The notes under the pieces are model-generated. The model made no database searches and was not told where the DNA came from. It was given only the letters and a program-made list of their open reading frames with translations. Shown here piece after piece: positions 1 to 12,639 of a DNA stretch of 64,000 bases. The stretch covers positions 231,756,001-231,820,000 of the forward strand of contig OZ024743.1 in assembly GCA_964016885.1 (NCBI GenBank), in the 5' to 3' direction. The DNA comes from Eledone cirrhosa. Its lineage: Eukaryota. The translations under genes and the position numbers were made by a program. Position 1 is the first letter of the stretch. The number at the start of each line of letters is the position of its first letter.

Positions 1-16
1 TACCCTGCCCAAAAGA

Positions 17-2593
17 TTGAATGCTGCTCGTCTTAAGGATAAAAATGTGAAGAGGACATTGGAAGAAGAGATGCAGGCTGCAGATCTTGGTGAGGATTGG
101 CCGACCCTTAAAAAGTCGGTTTATGATGTAGGCAGACGTGTTCTGGGATTGGTGCAGAGAAAACATCAGGACTGGTTTAATGAGAAAGATGTGCATATAG
201 ATGACTTGTTGGCTGATAAGAGGCGCGCTCTGTCACGCTACTTGACGGCAAGACCACAGGAGAGGAATACGTTGCATGAGGAGCTCAGGGATGTAAAATC
301 ACGTGTTAGGCGGAGTCTTTCTCAGATGAAGGATCAGTGGTGGAGTGAGAAGGCTGGTGAGATACAAACTGCGTCTGATTGCAATAACACAAAGCTGTTG
401 TACACTCTCTTGCGTGAGGTTTATGGACCGTCTTCTTCTCTGGTGACACCGATTCGCAGCAAGGATGGCAAAGAACTTCTTCGTGACTCACAGGGAATTC
501 TACGAAGGTGGCGAGAGCACTTTGATGATCTTTTGAATCAGCCGTCTGTCGTCAGTGAAGATTTCCTCAATCTCATTCCGGAAAGTCCTGTGAAAGTAGC
601 TCTCGCAGAGCCTCCGACACTTGTGGAGGTTGCAGTGGCTATTTCGAAGCTGAACAGTGGAAGATCTCCAGGTATGGATGGCATACATGCTGAGCTCCTA
701 CAATATGGTGGTGAGAGACTCCTGCAACATCTTCACTCTCTGTTTGGAGGGATATGGGCTAATGAATCCGTGCCTGAGGACTGGAAAGATGCAGTAATGG
801 TGGTCTTGTACAAGGGAAAGGGTAACAGGAATGATTGTGGGAACTACAGAGGTATATCATTGCTTTCTGTCGTGGGGAAAGTTTTATGTAGGGTGCTTCT
901 GGACCGTCTGCTGACACACATTGCAGATTGTGTCCTTCCTGAAAGTCAATCTGGTTTTCGTGTTGGACGCGGCACTACTGATATGATCTTCTCAGCTAGA
1001 CAGCTCCAGGAGAAGTGCATTGAACAGGGCTTGGATCTGTATCAGGTTTTTGTCGATCTGACAAAGGCTTTCGATACTGTCAACAGAGATGCATTATGGA
1101 AGGTTCTCCAGAAACTTGGTTGCCCTGATAAGTTCCTTGCTTTAGTTAGGTCTTTCCATGACGACATGAAGGCTTGGGTTAATGTCGGAGGTAACATGTC
1201 GGAGCCTATCTCAGTAAAAAATGGAGTGAAACAGGGGGATATTCCAGCACCGACCCTGTTTGCCATATACTTTGCAATGGTTTTCTGTATTGCATTCAGG
1301 AATTGCGAGCATGGTGTTTACATCCGATATCGAACCTCAGGCAGCATATTTAACATCAGGCGCTTTGCTGCGAAGACAAAAGTATTTACATCAGTCATAA
1401 GAGACCTCTTGTATGCAGATGATTGCGATCTTGTAGCGCACACAGAGAGTGATATGCAGCACATTTTGAATGTATTTTCTGACGCTTGCACTGCCCTGGG
1501 TTTGACTGTCAGTCTCAAGAAAACCGTCGTCATGTACCAACCTGCACCTGGTAGGCAGTACACTGAACCAAACATCTATGTGTATGGCAAACGACTTGGA
1601 GTGGTTGATCAGTTTGTCTACCTGGGAAGCACTGTCAATCGATACGGCAACCTTGACAGTGAAATCTCACTTAGGATTAGGAAAGCAAGTGATGCTTTCG
1701 GAAAGCTAGAAAGGCGACTCTGGGGTCGGCGAGACATATGCAGGAGGACAAAGGTAAAGGTGTACAGGGCATGTGTACTCTCTTGTCTTCTTTATGGCTG
1801 CGAGACCTGGGTCACATATCGACGCCACCTTAAGCAATTGGAGCGTTTCCATCAGATGTGTCTCAGACGGATACATGGCGTTCACTGGAGGGACCACATC
1901 AGTGATGTCGAGATTTTGGAAAGCTCTATGTGTGACAGTATAGAAGCTCTTGTGCTTAAGCAGCGACTCCGTTGGAGTGGTCACCTTGCCAGGATGAAGG
2001 ATTCTAGAATACCAAAACAACTCTTCTATGGAGAGTTGGTTAAAGGAAAACGACCGCCACATAAACCAAAAAAGAGGTATAAGGATTCCTTGAAGGCCTC
2101 TCTGAAAGACGCTAACATCTCTGCTGATACATGGGAAAATATTGCTGCTGATCGTAATAAATGGAGAAAGACTGTATATGAGGGAAAAGTTGCCTTTGAT
2201 GCATCTCGAATCGCACACGAGAAAGTAAAGCGGGACGTGAGGACGGGTATTGCTGTTGCACTTCCAGACGGCGAGGGTCCTCCTATGTTTCTGACATGCA
2301 GCGTCTGTGCGAGACTCTGCCTAAGCAAAGCTGGACTCGAAAGTCATCTTCGCAGTCATAAAGTAAGACCAGTGGTTGACTACCAGGCTGCTGTTGGAGA
2401 TGCTACTCATCATGCTTGCCAAACATGTGGTAGAGAATGTAAATCAGCAGGAGGACTCAAGCGACATGCAAAAGTACACGAACTCCAACCACAGCCGACT
2501 ATTCCCAGTAAATGTTTTGGTTGCCGACTCTGTGCAAGACATTTTGGATCATTGGCTGGGCTAAAAAGCCACATTCGATCGCAGCACTGTTAG
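17..2593 (+). CDS. RTE-clade LINE ORF (RT plus three C-terminal C2H2 zinc fingers); frame stays open past the window start, so the endonuclease domain is presumably upstream
   Basis: 858-aa uninterrupted ORF with RT motifs NYRGISLLS, LPESQSGFR, FVDLTKAFDTV, GVKQGD, LLYADD, FVYLGS, LLYGCETW, RLRWSGH, RIPKQLFYGEL. Three fingers: CSVC..HLRSH, CQTC..HAKVH, CRLC..HIRSQH. Confidence 0.95.
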   Translation: MNAARLKDKNVKRTLEEEMQAADLGEDWPTLKKSVYDVGRRVLGLVQRKHQDWFNEKDVHIDDLLADKRRALSRYLTARPQERNTLHEELRDVKSRVRRSLSQMKDQWWSEKAGEIQTASDCNNTKLLYTLLREVYGPSSSLVTPIRSKDGKELLRDSQGILRRWREHFDDLLNQPSVVSEDFLNLIPESPVKVALAEPPTLVEVAVAISKLNSGRSPGMDGIHAELLQYGGERLLQHLHSLFGGIWANESVPEDWKDAVMVVLYKGKGNRNDCGNYRGISLLSVVGKVLCRVLLDRLLTHIADCVLPESQSGFRVGRGTTDMIFSARQLQEKCIEQGLDLYQVFVDLTKAFDTVNRDALWKVLQKLGCPDKFLALVRSFHDDMKAWVNVGGNMSEPISVKNGVKQGDIPAPTLFAIYFAMVFCIAFRNCEHGVYIRYRTSGSIFNIRRFAAKTKVFTSVIRDLLYADDCDLVAHTESDMQHILNVFSDACTALGLTVSLKKTVVMYQPAPGRQYTEPNIYVYGKRLGVVDQFVYLGSTVNRYGNLDSEISLRIRKASDAFGKLERRLWGRRDICRRTKVKVYRACVLSCLLYGCETWVTYRRHLKQLERFHQMCLRRIHGVHWRDHISDVEILESSMCDSIEALVLKQRLRWSGHLARMKDSRIPKQLFYGELVKGKRPPHKPKKRYKDSLKASLKDANISADTWENIAADRNKWRKTVYEGKVAFDASRIAHEKVKRDVRTGIAVALPDGEGPPMFLTCSVCARLCLSKAGLESHLRSHKVRPVVDYQAAVGDATHHACQTCGRECKSAGGLKRHAKVHELQPQPTIPSKCFGCRLCARHFGSLAGLKSHIRSQHC

Positions 2594-2601
2594 TTGCTAT
2601 C

Positions 2602-2604
<3 letters not shown>

Positions 2605-2643
<39 letters not shown>

Positions 2644-2722
2644 GCTTATGTGCGTGCGTGTGTGTGTATATATATATGAATATGTATATTATTATTGTTG
2701 TTGTCGTTATTATTATTATTGC

Positions 2723-2768
<46 letters not shown>

Positions 2769-2890
2769 GTTATTAATGTATGTGTGTATATATGTGTGAG
2801 TGTATGTGTATGTATGTGTGTGTGTATATATGTATGTATGTGTATGTATGTGTGTGTGTATATGTATGTGTATATATATATATATGTATA

Positions 2891-2923
<33 letters not shown>

Positions 2924-2962
2924 CTTTTTTTTTTTTTTTTTTTATTTATTTATTTATTATTA

Positions 2963-2997
<35 letters not shown>

Positions 2998-3022
2998 TTT
3001 TTTTTTTTTTTTTTTTTTTATT
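2605..3022. repeat. compound microsatellite (TG)n/(TTA)n/(TA)n/polyT inside the LINE 3' UTR
   Basis: Direct reading. Confidence 0.95.
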
Positions 3023-3459
3023 GTGCAATGGCCATACTCGATAACGAGGGGGCAGCCATCATGCATGCATGCATGTATGTAGGTACGTATGTATGTGTTA
3101 ATCTATTTACATATGTTTTTGTCATTATTATTTTACGGCAAAATACGTTAACTATGATCCTACTTAGATGGCGCTAGCATCAAACGGAAAGTTTAATCCA
3201 ATGATCAGCATCATATCATAACTCCAAGCGTTTCTACCCATTGTTTGACTGATATCTTGTAGATTACTAATGATACTGGGACGCTTGTTTTCTTTCAGAC
3301 TATTAATAAGACAAGTCCTATTCTTGCACAGATTTCTGACAATGTGACTATGGAAATATATTGTCCGAAATAATGTTTTACCTGGTTCGTTTCAATCTCT
3401 ATATGTTTATGATTCTTCTATTGGCAACATTGTCTACCCAACTAGGTTTCTGAATCACA

Positions 3460-3890
<431 letters not shown>

Positions 3891-4123
3891 ATATATATGT
3901 GTCTGTATATATATATAAGTATGTATACGTACATACATATATGTATACAGACTTACAGTAGTATGTATATATATATATATATATGCATGCACACATATAT
4001 ATATGTACGTATGGATTCACCGAACATTTATTATAATGCTCGGTGTGTTTGTAAACAAACATCCCGTATTAAGTAAGCCGTAGTGTCTAGCAACCATCGT
4101 TGCTCATTTGTTCAAAACTGACA

Positions 4124-4170
4124 AAGGAACGATGTACTAGTTTTAAGCTTATTAGCTATCGTCAGCAACG
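4124..4170 (-). ncRNA. HHR copy (R1), probably inactive
   Basis: Reverse complement reads gttgCTGACGAtagctaataagcttAAAActagta; GAAA is mutated to AAAA. Confidence 0.65.
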
Positions 4171-4253
4171 TTGTACGGCTTAATTCGGGATGTTTGTTTA
4201 CAAACACACCGAGCATTATAATAAATGTTCGGTGAATCCATACGTACATATAT

Positions 4254-4326
<73 letters not shown>

Positions 4327-4585
4327 TGTGTGTGCATGTATGTATATATATATATATATATATATACATACTAACTGTACGTATACATATATGTATGTAC
4401 GTATGCATACTTATATTTAAGTAACAGCCGTACTAAGAGTGAGAAATGAAATTTCGTTTCATTTTTTCCGTTTAACGTTTTCGGTACCCCGGCCGATTAA
4501 CTCACTCGATATGCAAATTAGTCTGCTCAGCCGTTAATATGCATATGGAAAGAATATACTTTCAGACGTTCAACCATCTGATAGG

Positions 4586-4640
4586 AAGGTATACGTTGCT
4601 GACGATAGCTAATAAGCTTGAAACTAGTACAGCGTTCCTT
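4586..4640 (+). ncRNA. type I hammerhead ribozyme (family R1)
   Basis: aagg-tat-acgttg CTGACGA tagct aata agctt GAAA c-ta-GTA cagcgt-t-cctt: canonical core, bulged stem I, hairpin II, palindromic minimal stem III (ACTAGT), GUA cleavage triplet. Confidence 0.85.
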
Positions 4641-4764
4641 TGTCAGTGTTGAACAAATGAGACACTGTACGGTTTAATTCGGGATGTTTGTTTACAAACA
4701 CACCGAGCATTATAATAAATGTTCAGTGAATCCATACGTACATATATATTTATATATGTGCATG

Positions 4765-4799
<35 letters not shown>

Positions 4800-4802
<3 letters not shown>

Positions 4803-5750
4803 GAAAAATTGAACAGGGACAGAACAGAGAGGCAGTACGATAAATGTTTATTAAATTCACGCTCAGGAGAGTGGGGGGTAGGTGGGGGACGACGTTTCGG
4901 GCATAAGCTCTTCTTCAGGTGAGAGTTCAAAAGGTGTGTAGGGGAGTGGTGGAGAGACATATAGCGAAAGGAAACGGTGCGAATGAAAAATTAACAAATA
5001 AAGACAAAAATATAATAAATAATAAATAAAAATAAAGCATGATCAAAATACAAGGAATGAGAAAATTTAAAAATAAAGGCATGATCAAAGTAAACTGAAA
5101 TTAAAAGGGGGGTAAACAGGTGGTGGAAGGGTGTGGGTGAGTAGAGGTGGTGGCGGGTGGAGTGGGGAGAGGGAGACGAGGTGTCCGAGCGGGGAGGGCT
5201 GAAGGTGGTGTGTGTGGTTAGGTGTGCGTGTGTGTGTGTGTGTGTGTATGTGAAAGTGAGGGTTGGGGGAAGAACGGGGTTGCATGTTCAGGAAGGTGTG
5301 TGTGGGGGTTGTTTTTGTGGGTCGGAGGGTCTGTGCGTGTGTGGATAGGGGGGTGGGGGGAGAGGAATCAGGGGGCTGAGGGCGTAAATATGTGGTGGGA
5401 AGCACGTGTGTGTGGTTTAAGCGTGTTGTGGGTGTGGGTGGCGTGTGGATAAAAAAAATTGTTTTGGGGTGTGTGTGTGGGTGAGTTATATAGGTGATGG
5501 TGTAAGAGGATGGTTGAAAGTGGTAAGTTACACGGATGTATGGAGATTTGGTTGGAAGTCAAAACGCGTGTGGGTAATCCAAGAAGCGGTGGTCGGAAGA
5601 GGAGAGATGTGGGTGCGCGCGCAATAGGAAGTGGTCAGCAGTGGAAGTGCTGTGGTCAGTTGGTGCTGAGACAGTGGTCGGAAGGGCATAGCAGCAGTCG
5701 GCGGAATGGTAGGGAGGCGAGGATGGGTAGGTGTGCAAGTTGGAGTGAGG

Positions 5751-5785
<35 letters not shown>

Positions 5786-7595
5786 TAGTAGGGGTGTTAG
5801 TGTGTGTTAGTATACGGGAGGTGGGGAGGGGTGGAATGCAGGTGTGAGTGGGGTTTAGTGGGGGTAGGGTGTGTAGAGTTGGTGGTGTACGAGGGTGTGT
5901 GGGTACGTGTGCGTGGGGTTGGAGGGTGTTAGTGATGTTAGTTGAGTGTGGGGTGGGGGGTGTAAGTGGGTGCGTGTGTGCGTGTGATAAGGAGGGGGGA
6001 GAAGAGGGGAGGGAAGGGATGTTAGTATGTTAGTTGGGGAAGGGTGGTCAGATGAGGGGTGGAGTGGAGGTGTTAGTATTGTTAGTGTGGAGTGGGCGGT
6101 GAAAAGGAGGGGTGTGTTAGTGGTGTTAGTGGGGCATAAGTGGGGGGAGATGGGGGCGGTCGAACGCTAAAGGAATAAGGGTGGGGAGTTCAGGCCGGGG
6201 GGAGTGTGGGTCTGTAAGATGAAGATAGTACGTTGTTCGACCGTAAGGCGATGGGCGGGTGTTCCGTGGCACTGGAGTAGGCCACAGACTGTGAATTGGC
6301 GTGCGGAGTGTCCAGGGCCACCAAAGTGGCGGGCGATGGGGGAACTGCCCCCGAGACGAATGTCCCGGAGGTGCTCCGTGACTCGGTCCGCCAGGCGGCG
6401 TCCCGTCTGTCCGACATAAGTCGCGCTGCACCTCGTGCAACGAAGTCCGTAGACTAGGTTGGAGGAGGTGCAGCGGAAGGCATGCCGGACCGAGAGAGGG
6501 TGGCCGTTGGGACCCTGATAGGTGGTGGTGTTAGTGATGTGGGGACATGTGTTGCAGCGGGGCCTAGAACAGGGGAAGGAACCGGGGGGGGAACGGAGCG
6601 TGGGTTGGGGGGTAGGGAGCTGTGGACGAGGAGGGTGCGGAGATTGCGTGCGCGTTTGAAGGAGGGGATTGGTAGGGTTGGGAAGATGTGGGAGGTGGAG
6701 GGGTCGGACTGGAAGTGTCGGAAGAGGCGGCGGATGGTGCGGTGGAGGGGTAAGGTGGAGGGATGGTAGGTGATGGGGAAGGGGAGACGGTGGGTGGGTG
6801 TGCGGTGGCGTGGGGGTGGTGGAGCGGGGGATAGCACGGGCGCGGGTGAGAGCGTGTGGACGAGAGAGGGGGGTAACCTCTGCGGATGAAATGGCTGACT
6901 AGGGAAAGGGCCTGGGACTCGAAGTCAGCATCTCGGCTACAGAGGCGGCGGATCCTGAGAAGTTGGGAGTAGGGAATGGAGAGTTTAGTGTGGGTAGGGT
7001 GGGAAGAGGTGAAGTCGAGTTAAGAGTGGGAGTCGGTGGGTTTGAAGAAGGCGGAGGTGATGAGGGAGTGGTGGGAGGGGTCGAAGGCGACGGAGATGTC
7101 CAAGAAGTGGACGTGGGTGGTGGAGATAGAGGTGGTGAAGTGGAGGGAGGGGTGGAAGGAGCAGAAGAAGGGGAGAAAGGAGTCGAGCTGTTCTCGGGTG
7201 AGGGTCGTGGCTCCGATACAGTCGTCAATGTAACGACCGTACAGTTCGGGCGTGGGGCCGGTGTACTGGGCAAAGATTTGGGCCTCAACATGGCCAACAA
7301 AAAGGTTGGCATAGTTCGGGCCCATTCTTGTGCCCATGGCTACCCCTGTGACCTGTTGGTAAAACTCACCCGAGAAGGAGAAACAATTTAGGGTGAGGAC
7401 CAGCTCGGCGAGGCGAAGGAGGGTGGGGGTGGAGGGAATGGGGGAGGGGCGAAGGTCGAGGTAGTGTTTGAGGGCGCGAAGGCCGTCGGCGTGGGGGATG
7501 ACGGTATAGAGGGACTTGATGTCTAGGGTGAAGAGGAATGGCTGAGGGCCGGTTAGGTAGGTGAAGGAGTCGAAAAGGCGCAGGGCGTGGTTGGT
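4800..7595 (-). mobile_element. 5'-truncated, frameshifted C-rich Penelope-like element (family A, Neptune-like)
   Basis: Minus-strand peptides MGTRMGPNYANLFVG, YGRYIDDCIG, FLDISV, KPTDSHS, followed by GIY-YIG remnants. Colinear with 36240-39190. Confidence 0.9.
4888..4918 (-). ncRNA. minimal HHR core at PLE family A 3' end
   Basis: CTGAAGA agagcttatgccc GAAAC gtc GTC; stem I pairing not evident. Sister copy at ~39068-39099 has a CTGAAGGA core. Confidence 0.55.
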
Positions 7596-7715
7596 GTATA
7601 TATATACATACTACTGTATGTCTGTATACATATATGTATGTACGTATACATACTTATATTTAAGTAACAGACGTACTAAGAGTGAGAAATGAAATTACGT
7701 TTCATTTTTTCCGTT

Positions 7716-7716
<1 letters not shown>
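7596..7716 (+). mobile_element. continuation and 3' end of the R1 unit interrupted by PLE A
   Basis: Matches 4360-4473 and 62420-62538, ending ...catttttccgttt before (TA)n. Confidence 0.8.
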
Positions 7717-7777
<61 letters not shown>

Positions 7778-7909
7778 AGCAGAAGCGCCGGCGTTGCGCT
7801 GGTTAAAGAAAATAATGAAATTTCATTCAAACCTTTTACTACCGTATTTTTCAAATGTCTAATATAGCTGTTTCTATTATTTAACATATCCTGTTGTAGT
7901 TGCAACATG

Positions 7910-8334
<425 letters not shown>

Positions 8335-8950
8335 GGAGTGAGCGAGAGAGAGAGAGAGAGAGATAAGGAGAGTGATAGAAATAAGATCGATAAAATAAGT
8401 AACGTATCGATATGATCGACAATATCAAGGCTGATTCCCATGAAGGCTGACGTCTAATGATAGAAAACAGTAAAATAGAAAGAGTACACCAATTATTAGC
8501 GAGAACAAAATAAAACCACTTTGAAAAATTGAGTCTGCAACGAATATATGATATGTAAATATGTGTGTCCATTTCAGTTAGATTCTAGTTTGCTTTCGAT
8601 ATAAATTCTTTTCCTACACAGAATATGAAAGTACTATTCTTCCGAGGAACTAAACGCTTGGATGTGTAAATGCAATGGCAAATCTGAGATGTTTCATTCC
8701 CCGAGTTAAATAACAATATCTATTTACATGTGTTTATATTTTCAAATCTAGGTGTATAATTGAAAGTTATAGTTAAACCAGCATTTAATTTAGTTAAAAT
8801 ATTGTAATATACGCTTCGGTATACATAGATAATTATGATCTAATATTTATAATCTTGTGTGAGTGACTGTTGGGAAACGCTTTTTCTCTCGCTCTCATGT
8901 CTCTAAATATATATGTGTATATAATTATATATATATATATATATATATAT

Positions 8951-8999
<49 letters not shown>

Positions 9000-9025
9000 T
9001 GTGTATGTGTGTGTGTGTGTGTGTA

Positions 9026-9065
<40 letters not shown>

Positions 9066-10656
9066 TGTAGGTAGGTGGGTAGATAAACAAAACCTGTCTG
9101 GAGATATTCAAGATATCAGACTCAGACACTAGTTTCTTCTTTGCTGTCATTGTGTTGAAAATGCGAAAAAAAAAAATGAAAAAAATAATTGTAACATTGA
9201 ATATTTGTAGTCTTGTATCAATAATCAATATTAGAAAGAGTGTTTGTAGATATAAGTTACTTATTGTGTATATCGAGACACAGTAAAAGAACTGAAAGCA
9301 TTATATTGAACTAAAACATATTGCAGACGAAGTCTCGTGACGTAAAGATGTTATTTAAATACCTTATATCTTAACTCTGATGTAAATATTTGCTTTCGTG
9401 TAAACATCTTTTTTTTTGCGTTTTCGAAAAGAAAAGAAACAATAACAGCTACAATAAAAAAAGACAACGACGTCAGCAACAACAACAGCAACATTCACAA
9501 CAGTAGCCCCATGAATCAACATTGCACAATTACACTGTTGCCTTGAAACATAACAGTAATATAATGGGTGCACACACAAAAAAAAGAAACAGACAGATAT
9601 AATAGCACATGGGTTGAAAATACATGAATGTCTTTTGAATACAATAGCAAATAGATTTTCTATAGAGACGATACCATGAGTGTACTCAGAAACTCTGAAC
9701 ATCTCGTGTATATTTCGATATATATAAACTTCATTTGGAATATGTCAATCATTCCCGGGATATATACCTAAGGTCTGAATAATGAACATTAAAAAAAAGA
9801 TTTTATTTCCGTTTTGCTAACCAGCATCCAAATAAAGCAAAAGTGTATAAATGTATACAAGCCATAGAGTCGGCGAGGAAGCATATACAGCTGTTTAATA
9901 ATCTCAGTTCAATGAAGTCTCGATATGATAACTATCGGTTTGGCCATGGTTTCTTTGACTAACTCGCTTGCTCTCAGGGATGTGTCTAATTTCCTTTGTC
10001 TGGCCCTAATTCAGTGGCATGGAAGTGATGTCTTCGGTTGATATTAATCTAAAGGAAGGCAAGATCTTCTTCAACCGAGATAATATGTCAGTCAACATGT
10101 ATGTGAACAAGTGTGGTCAAAATTCTGACGAGAACCACTCTGGTTGGCGTATCACAATCCATAACGTGGGGCAGGCATATGTTAAAAATGATTATTTACA
10201 GAGATATACGGATGACAACAATGGCCCAACACCTGTAGTAATCATTCATGCGATATGTTTTTCCATAGCTCATGTATTTATTGAGCTTCCACTCGGATTC
10301 ATTTGATGAGGAGGGCAGAAATGATCATGTCGAGAAAAACAATAGCGACTCGGCGCATTGACTTGAACAAACGTGAGGAAGAGAAAGAACCCTTGCAACA
10401 GAGACTGATCTATGTGGGAAAGCACCAAAATATAAAACAGAACGATATCTGAAAAGAGCTGAAAAGATATTTTGTCCCTGGCGAACATTATGAGAACATA
10501 TTTACCACTCCCAGAATATGTTGTGTCATGTGGGAATAATTTTCCAGATAAAGTAATATAGTACCTTGGGTATGTCCACAATCATTTTATTTTAATGTTC
10601 CAGACATTTTTATCTCATGCATCCTGTAATAATTCTTGTTTATTTTATACATCATT

Positions 10657-10820
10657 AGGGTCGGACGCCATGCTTTGACGCATAGATTTACGGCCCTTGC
10701 CATTCTGAGTTCAAATCCCGCCGAGGTTAACTTTGCCTTTCATCCTTACGGGGTCGATAAAATAAAGTACCAGTAATACACTGGGTATTTGCTGGCTTTG
10801 TGCCTAACGTAGAAACAATT
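10657..10820 (+). mobile_element. tRNA-derived SINE (Nin/Deu-like core), 5'-truncated
   Basis: B box gagttcaaatccc and core gcctttcatccttacggggtcgataaaataaagtaccag; nine copies in the window. Confidence 0.9.
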
Positions 10821-11745
10821 ATTTTAAATATTCTTCCTGAGAGAAGTCTTTGGGATATACTGTGTACTTTTCTTCGTTAACATTTCTTTATTTATTCTTG
10901 CAATCTATTTATACTAACTATCATTATATCGTTTTACGTGTATTATATTTTATTGATAATTTAGTCATGATTGGGGTTTGGGAAGGAGTTCCTCCTGAAT
11001 ATATATTTATAAAATGAAGTAGTAACGAATGATTTGTGGCAACGAGTGATGTTCTGGAGCTAAATCGATTCCTTCTCAAGCACGATCAAATGAGATTCAA
11101 TATCTCACAGATGCAAATGATATGTACTTTAGTGCGAACATATTTAAAACATTTAAAAGTAGCTACATTTATGAAATAAAATGTATTTTCTTCGAAACTT
11201 GTCTCCGGCTTATTTTATCATCAACATTTACTTATTTGTCACTACAAGAGAATAATAGTGACGCCTTTGTTAGTATATCGAAATGTACGCTAATGAGGCA
11301 GGAATGCGAATGGAACATTGCGTGTTGTATCATGTGCTTGATGAATAAAGCATCAATATATTAGAAATATGAAGATTTTTTCCTGAAAGTACTCACTCCT
11401 TATCTTAAGACGAATACCATGTCGTAAAAGAGTGAAAGTAATCAACGAATCAATCACAACAATAAGCAGGTAGTTGCGTTATCTACACCTGTGGGTATAC
11501 GGTTTTGAGTAGTATCTTGTTTTATTTCTGAGCACTTACTCTGGTTCTATACCGACGATGTCCACGACTGAAATAACACGAATCTGAATTAAGACAATTT
11601 AATCTATATAAACTAATTAAATTTAGTAATTTCATTTATTAAATGTCATGAAAACACCACAGTTATAATATCAGTACAAGACTTACTTATAAGCTATAGC
11701 TAGATGCTAAGTGTTTAACATGTAAGAGGATGGGAGGTAAATAAA

Positions 11746-12181
11746 TGTATGCATATACACCTCGTCCGAACACAAGGGAACCAAACTCCCACTGTCACTA
11801 TCTCGTTCTCTCCCACTTTCCCCATCTCTTTTTATTATGAGCAAATGGGGCCCACGCGCTCGCCGCCCCACGGCACAGGCGGACAGAATAGAAAAGCGTT
11901 TTCCCGGAGGATGGTGAGGGACACGAGCTGGAAAAGCCATTCCAGCTCGCGATACTTACACCAGCGGGTAGCCAACTCTGTGCCGATGGTGGTGAGTAGG
12001 GAGGTGGCCCTAGGTCAAAGGACACAAGAAGTCTCCACTACTAGGCCTCGACCGCAAACCTGTATCGACCGTGATTATCTGTTGTTGATTTCTTGTTTGA
12101 ATACTCTAAACAAAGCAACCTTCCATCACTGTTAATATCAACCAATGAACATACTCTAGTTACGAATTTATTATTCCATAC
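11746..12181. mobile_element. possible solo LTR or short GC-richer insertion
   Basis: ~435-bp GC-richer island starting TGTATG and ending CATAC; no clear target-site duplication. Confidence 0.3.
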
Positions 12182-12456
12182 TTTAAATGTTAACAAATTT
12201 CCTGCGTAAGCTGAAGGTGTCGTTCAGGAAACTATTATCTTGTTTAAACACTCGACAATCACGATTAAACTGGATGTAGCTGTGTCAACGTTCTTCATAA
12301 CTGTTTCGGTTTGATCAAATTGAGGACAAATATTGAGTGATAAGATGTTGTGAGACAAACCATTCTCAAATGTACAAAGACGTACATGCATCGATAGACA
12401 ACGCACACACACACACACACACACACGTACATATATATATGCATGTGTATATATAT

Positions 12457-12490
<34 letters not shown>

Positions 12491-12492
12491 GC

Positions 12493-12567
<75 letters not shown>

Positions 12568-12639
12568 TGTTCATATATATATACATACATATACACACAT
12601 ATTTATACATACTTATACACATATATATAAATATATATT

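Larger units (their letters stand above)
1..3075 (+). mobile_element. RTE LINE, 3' part including 3' UTR and (ATGC)n tail
   Basis: ORF followed by a microsatellite block, then gtgcaatggccatactcgataacgagggggcagcc (3023-3057, shared with ~20076-20110) and an atgc repeat tail. Confidence 0.85.

Noticed and set aside
2290-2593. Host C2H2 zinc-finger gene
   Set aside because: Fingers are in frame with the LINE RT, lack TGEKP linkers and are followed by the LINE tail.
5085-7391. Pro/His/Gly-rich ORFs on both strands (also 35146-39071)
   Set aside because: Shadow frames of the C-rich PLE, which is depleted of stop codons.
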